Origin: an uncultured virus (IMG/VR IMGVR_UViG_3300047320_000346)
Lineage: Duplodnaviria > Heunggongvirae > Uroviricota > Caudoviricetes
Strand: one strand, 5' to 3'
Virus record (IMG/VR): IMGVR_UViG_3300047320_000346
DNA: 64,000 bases
Positions within the stretch are counted from its first letter, which is position 1, and each line of letters opens with the position of its first letter. The translations under genes and the position numbers were made by a program. Positions 60,803 through 64,000 of the stretch are shown here, piece after piece. The notes under the pieces are model-generated. The model had not been told where the DNA came from, did no database searches, and worked only from the letters and a program-made list of their open reading frames with translations.

Positions 60803-61348
60803 ATGAAAAGAAGCGCCAACTTCTCGCCCTGCCGGCTTTATCGCTACGCGCTCTGGCGCGAATGGGGCGCAGAGCCCGGCTCCGTCGACTGCGGCTACGT
60901 GCTTTTTGTCGGGCTCAACCCGAGCACGGCCGATGAAACGAACGATGACCCGACCATACGCCGCTGCATCGCGTTCGCGCGGGCCTGGGGATTTAGCGGC
61001 ATTTGCATGGCCAATCTCTTCGCGTTCCGCGCCACGGACCCCGCAGACATGCTCGCTGCGGCAGACCCGGTCGGCGTTGAGAACGATGACTGGCTCGAGA
61101 GACTCGCAGAGAGTGCGGGTCTTGTTGTCGCGGCCTGGGGCGTGCACGGCACGTACATGGGTCGCGACGCCCGGGTGAAGGAACGTATCCCGGACATGCA
61201 CTACCTGCGCCTGACGAAAGACGGGCATCCAGGGCATCCGCTGTACTTGCCCAAAACACTGACGCCGCAACCATTTGCGCGGGTCGAGGAGCACTCACAA
61301 CATGCACAAAATGAAGCAGTTTTTCTCGCCTGCGCGCCAGGCGCGTGA
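60803..61348 (+). CDS. DUF1643 family protein
   Basis: YRYALWR, GLNPSTAD..DDPTIRR, NLFAFRATDP, AWG, HPLY. Confidence 0.9.
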   Translation: MKRSANFSPCRLYRYALWREWGAEPGSVDCGYVLFVGLNPSTADETNDDPTIRRCIAFARAWGFSGICMANLFAFRATDPADMLAAADPVGVENDDWLERLAESAGLVVAAWGVHGTYMGRDARVKERIPDMHYLRLTKDGHPGHPLYLPKTLTPQPFARVEEHSQHAQNEAVFLACAPGA

Positions 61349-61637
61349 AGCGTACTACGCCGGGCTGAAAAACGGCGCTATCACACCGCCCGCCTTCCAT
61401 CGTGGCGTGATGACTCTCACGTTGGTTTGTGTCTGGGCGTGCATCACGATGCTCGCGCTATGGACGCACCGGATGCTGACGACCGAAGTCGCGGTGTATG
61501 GCCGCCTGGCGCTGGACGGCAACGTATTGATGGCGCTCATCGGCGGTATCGCACTCGTCTTCTGTATTCGCAAGGCGATTTTCGTCACCGTACTCGCAGC
61601 GCTTGTGATTGCAGGCCGCACACCGACTAACGCCTAA
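61302..61637 (+). CDS. membrane protein
   Basis: GAGGAG RBS; hydrophobic segments. Confidence 0.55.
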   Translation: MHKMKQFFSPARQAREAYYAGLKNGAITPPAFHRGVMTLTLVCVWACITMLALWTHRMLTTEVAVYGRLALDGNVLMALIGGIALVFCIRKAIFVTVLAALVIAGRTPTNA

Positions 61638-61657
61638 CTCCAAACCAGATACCTTCA

Positions 61658-62176
61658 ATGAAAAGACTTCTCAAGACACTGGCGCTCGTGGGCGTGCTTG
61701 CCGCGGCGCTTACGGGTTGTGGCCGCCAGACTCAGGAGCAGATGGCAGCCGACGTCGGCAAGGCCATGGAAGCTGCATTGCCTAAGGATTTCGCCAAGCT
61801 CGAATTCGAAGAGCGGCCGGCCTATGCCAGCAAGCCCGCTCCGACGCTCGTATTCAGGGGCGCGGAATCGACCATCCTTGCTGTGAGCAAGCCGTCCCTT
61901 CGTGACCATTGGGGCACGTGGATGAACATTGCTGGCCTTGCGGTCACAAAGAACGGTCGCTGGTACGAATTCAGCTATGACTCGGAACTGCAGAATGACG
62001 ACGGATTCCTTGCGAGCAAACCTTGCCTTGCTACGGACTGCCGGCGCTTCGGGAGTGTCCATTCGGTCAGCCTCGTCGAAGCCAAGCGCTGGTACTTTGA
62101 CAGCGACCAGTTCACGCCGGAGCGGTACCACGCGCTCTTCGGTGAAACTGCGCCGGCAAAGCGCGAGCCGGCGTAA
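61658..62176 (+). CDS. putative lipoprotein
   Basis: Lipobox LTGC after a signal peptide. Confidence 0.75.
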   Translation: MKRLLKTLALVGVLAAALTGCGRQTQEQMAADVGKAMEAALPKDFAKLEFEERPAYASKPAPTLVFRGAESTILAVSKPSLRDHWGTWMNIAGLAVTKNGRWYEFSYDSELQNDDGFLASKPCLATDCRRFGSVHSVSLVEAKRWYFDSDQFTPERYHALFGETAPAKREPA

Positions 62177-62185
62177 GGAGGTCAG

Positions 62186-62662
62186 GTGCTAGCCATTGAC
62201 ATCACTTCCGCGCCACCGACGAGCGAGATGCTGGCGGTGGCGCGCGAGCGCTGCTCCACGCTTCGTCGCCGCTGCTGGTGGCTCATGATTCCCGTCGTGG
62301 CGGTCATGTTTCCCGCAGTGTGGTTCACGCGCGATTCATTTTTGGGCGGCAGTCTCGCCGGGGTCGGATTTTCTGTTTCCGTTGGGCTTGTCGGCATAGA
62401 CATCCTGCGCTTCACGATTGACCGGGAACTGTTGGCCTCTGTGACGCCGCTGCAGTGCGTGCAGCTCGAGACTGCAATGCGGGAACCGGCGGTAGCGAGC
62501 TATCTGGGTGCCATTCAGCGCCAGGGCCGCGTGGTGACACGACTGGAAGCGGACGAAATCCTCCGGTATGCCCGCAAGACCCTCGAACTCGTCAACCACG
62601 AGCACGCGGTGAACGCCTGGCGGGCCGTGCATGGCACACAAGTCGAGCAGCCTTCCGCATGA
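62186..62662 (+). CDS. membrane protein
   Basis: TAAGGAGG RBS; two TM segments. Confidence 0.7.
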   Translation: MLAIDITSAPPTSEMLAVARERCSTLRRRCWWLMIPVVAVMFPAVWFTRDSFLGGSLAGVGFSVSVGLVGIDILRFTIDRELLASVTPLQCVQLETAMREPAVASYLGAIQRQGRVVTRLEADEILRYARKTLELVNHEHAVNAWRAVHGTQVEQPSA

Positions 62663-62754
62663 AGTCCATCGACCTTCGCGCCGCGCCGCCGACAACAGAG
62701 CAGCTCGAGGCCCAGCGCGCTTCGCGCGTGCCAACCCATGATTGGAGAGATTGA
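62659..62754 (+). pseudogene. truncated paralog of the upstream gene
   Basis: MKSIDLRAAPPTTEQL resembles MLAIDITSAPPTSEML; stops after 31 aa. Confidence 0.45.
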
Positions 62755-62758
62755 ATCC

Positions 62759-63055
62759 ATGACCTCACACGTACCGCTGCCCGCAGTCGCTGTGGCGAAG
62801 CCCGGCTATCACCTGGTCGCCATCCCCAAGGGAGAGCTCGGCGAGCTCTCCAAGATTCAGGAAGAGCTCGATGAGCTGCGCGATGCCATGGAGCAAGGCT
62901 CGCGCGTGATGGCGGCCGTCGAGCTGTCAGACATGGTCGGCGCCATTCAGGCCTTCATGCATCGCCACCTGCCGGGCCTGACGATTCAGGACCTGCTCAC
63001 GTTTTCCGACATTACAAAGCGAGCATTCATCAATGGCCGACGTACTTCGAACTGA
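62759..63055 (+). CDS. MazG-like/phosphoribosyl-ATP pyrophosphatase-like protein
   Basis: KIQEELDELRDA..VELSDMVGAI. Confidence 0.65.
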   Translation: MTSHVPLPAVAVAKPGYHLVAIPKGELGELSKIQEELDELRDAMEQGSRVMAAVELSDMVGAIQAFMHRHLPGLTIQDLLTFSDITKRAFINGRRTSN

Positions 63056-63683
63056 GCCGCGCGCGCCCGCGGTGACGGGCCCGTTTCCGGCGAACAGCCT
63101 CTTGCTCTTGCATCTGGCCATCCAGTGGTGGCAAACCCAGGGATTCGCGTACGTCGACCTGCCGTGGGTTGTTCCAGGTGGGTACGCCGCAGCACACCGA
63201 CCTGCATTTTGCCGGGACATAGCCACCCAGCACGGCTCATTCGTCGGCTCGGGCGAGCAGAGCTTCCTGATGCTGCGCGAAAAGGGGCTTCTCGCCGGCG
63301 GCGCGCCGGGCTACATAGGCTGGACGCCGTGTCTGCGCGACGAGGTGCTCGATGAGACCCACCAGCACGGGTTCATGAAGGCTGAGTGGTATGTGCCACT
63401 CGCGCGTGTGGAAGTGACCGGATGGCGCGAGCGCCTCGCTGAACTGTTGGCCGCCCAAGAAATGATGTTCCGCGCGGTCGCGCTCTATGCCGAAGGTCCC
63501 ATCGGGCTGCGCATCGACCGGGAAGAAAGTGGCGCGGCGCAGTCGGACCTGGTCGTCGCAGGTCTTGAAGTCGGCTCATATGGCCTGCGACATTTCAATG
63601 GCCAGTCGTATATCTACGGCACGGCGCTCGCCCTGCCGCGGTTCACACAGGCGCTTGCGCGTCTCGATTCAGCACGGGGTTGA
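63033..63683 (+). CDS. stand-alone class II aaRS-like catalytic domain
   Basis: GSGEQSF, TPCLRDE (motif 2-like), FMKAE, EVGSYG, YGTALALPRF (motif 3-like). Confidence 0.7.
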   Translation: MADVLRTEPRAPAVTGPFPANSLLLLHLAIQWWQTQGFAYVDLPWVVPGGYAAAHRPAFCRDIATQHGSFVGSGEQSFLMLREKGLLAGGAPGYIGWTPCLRDEVLDETHQHGFMKAEWYVPLARVEVTGWRERLAELLAAQEMMFRAVALYAEGPIGLRIDREESGAAQSDLVVAGLEVGSYGLRHFNGQSYIYGTALALPRFTQALARLDSARG

Positions 63684-63684
63684 T

Positions 63685-64000
63685 ATGGATGTAAAAAACT
63701 ACCCTTATGACCTGGTCGTCTACATCGGCCGCTTCGAGCCGTATCACAATGGCCACGACGCGTTAGTGCAGCAGGCACTCGCCCTTGGCAAGTGGGTCGT
63801 CATGGTGCTCGGTTCCGACGGGGCGCCGAGCAGCCTCAAGAATCCACTGTTCGCGGACCAGCGTATGGTCATGATTGCCAGTTGTATCGCTGGAGATGCC
63901 GTGAACCGCGTGCTGTTCGCGCCGGTTCCGGACTTCGGCGACAACGAAAGCTGGGTCGCGAAAGTCCAGGATGTGGTCGCGCACGCAGTTCCGGGGGCCG
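63685..64000 (+). CDS. NMN adenylyltransferase (NadM-like), partial; runs off the window
   Basis: Hand translation gives MDVKNYPYDLVVYIGRFEPYHNGH..LGS..KNP (HxGH motif); absent from the ORF track. Confidence 0.85.
   Translation, partial: MDVKNYPYDLVVYIGRFEPYHNGHDALVQQALALGKWVVMVLGSDGAPSSLKNPLFADQRMVMIASCIAGDAVNRVLFAPVPDFGDNESWVAKVQDVVAHAVPGA

Overview
GC-rich (roughly 60% by eye), gene-dense accessory DNA that looks like part of a betaproteobacterial (probably Burkholderiales) megaplasmid or phage-plasmid; the replicon type is inferred. I saw no rRNA, tRNA, CRISPR, IS, virion or conjugation genes. The cargo resembles that of large phages: nucleotide metabolism (class II RNR, dNMP kinase, MazG-like and Nudix proteins, a divergent PurA), NAD+ salvage or reconstitution (Prs-like, Nampt-like, NrtR, a partial NMNAT, and a SLOG/macro-like/NADAR-like/DUF4326 fusion), DNA handling (LigA, HU, H-NS, ArdC-like, ERCC4, GIY-YIG, UDG-like, DndC-like, a tyrosine-recombinase fold), a GT2 polysaccharide module and a PspA/DUF2491 module. 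The best candidate for an undescribed system is at 9.2-15.8 kb: J-domain pseudokinase, vWA protein, a promoter-driven structured and possibly pseudoknotted ~200-nt RNA, a TROVE-like/TerD protein, a Zn-ribbon protein and a PurA paralog. Also notable are a standalone sRNA candidate with anti-SD seeds, a recurrent CTATAC-N5-7-AGGCA upstream motif, and several enzymes with lost catalytic residues. All family calls come from reading motifs by eye; no searches were run.
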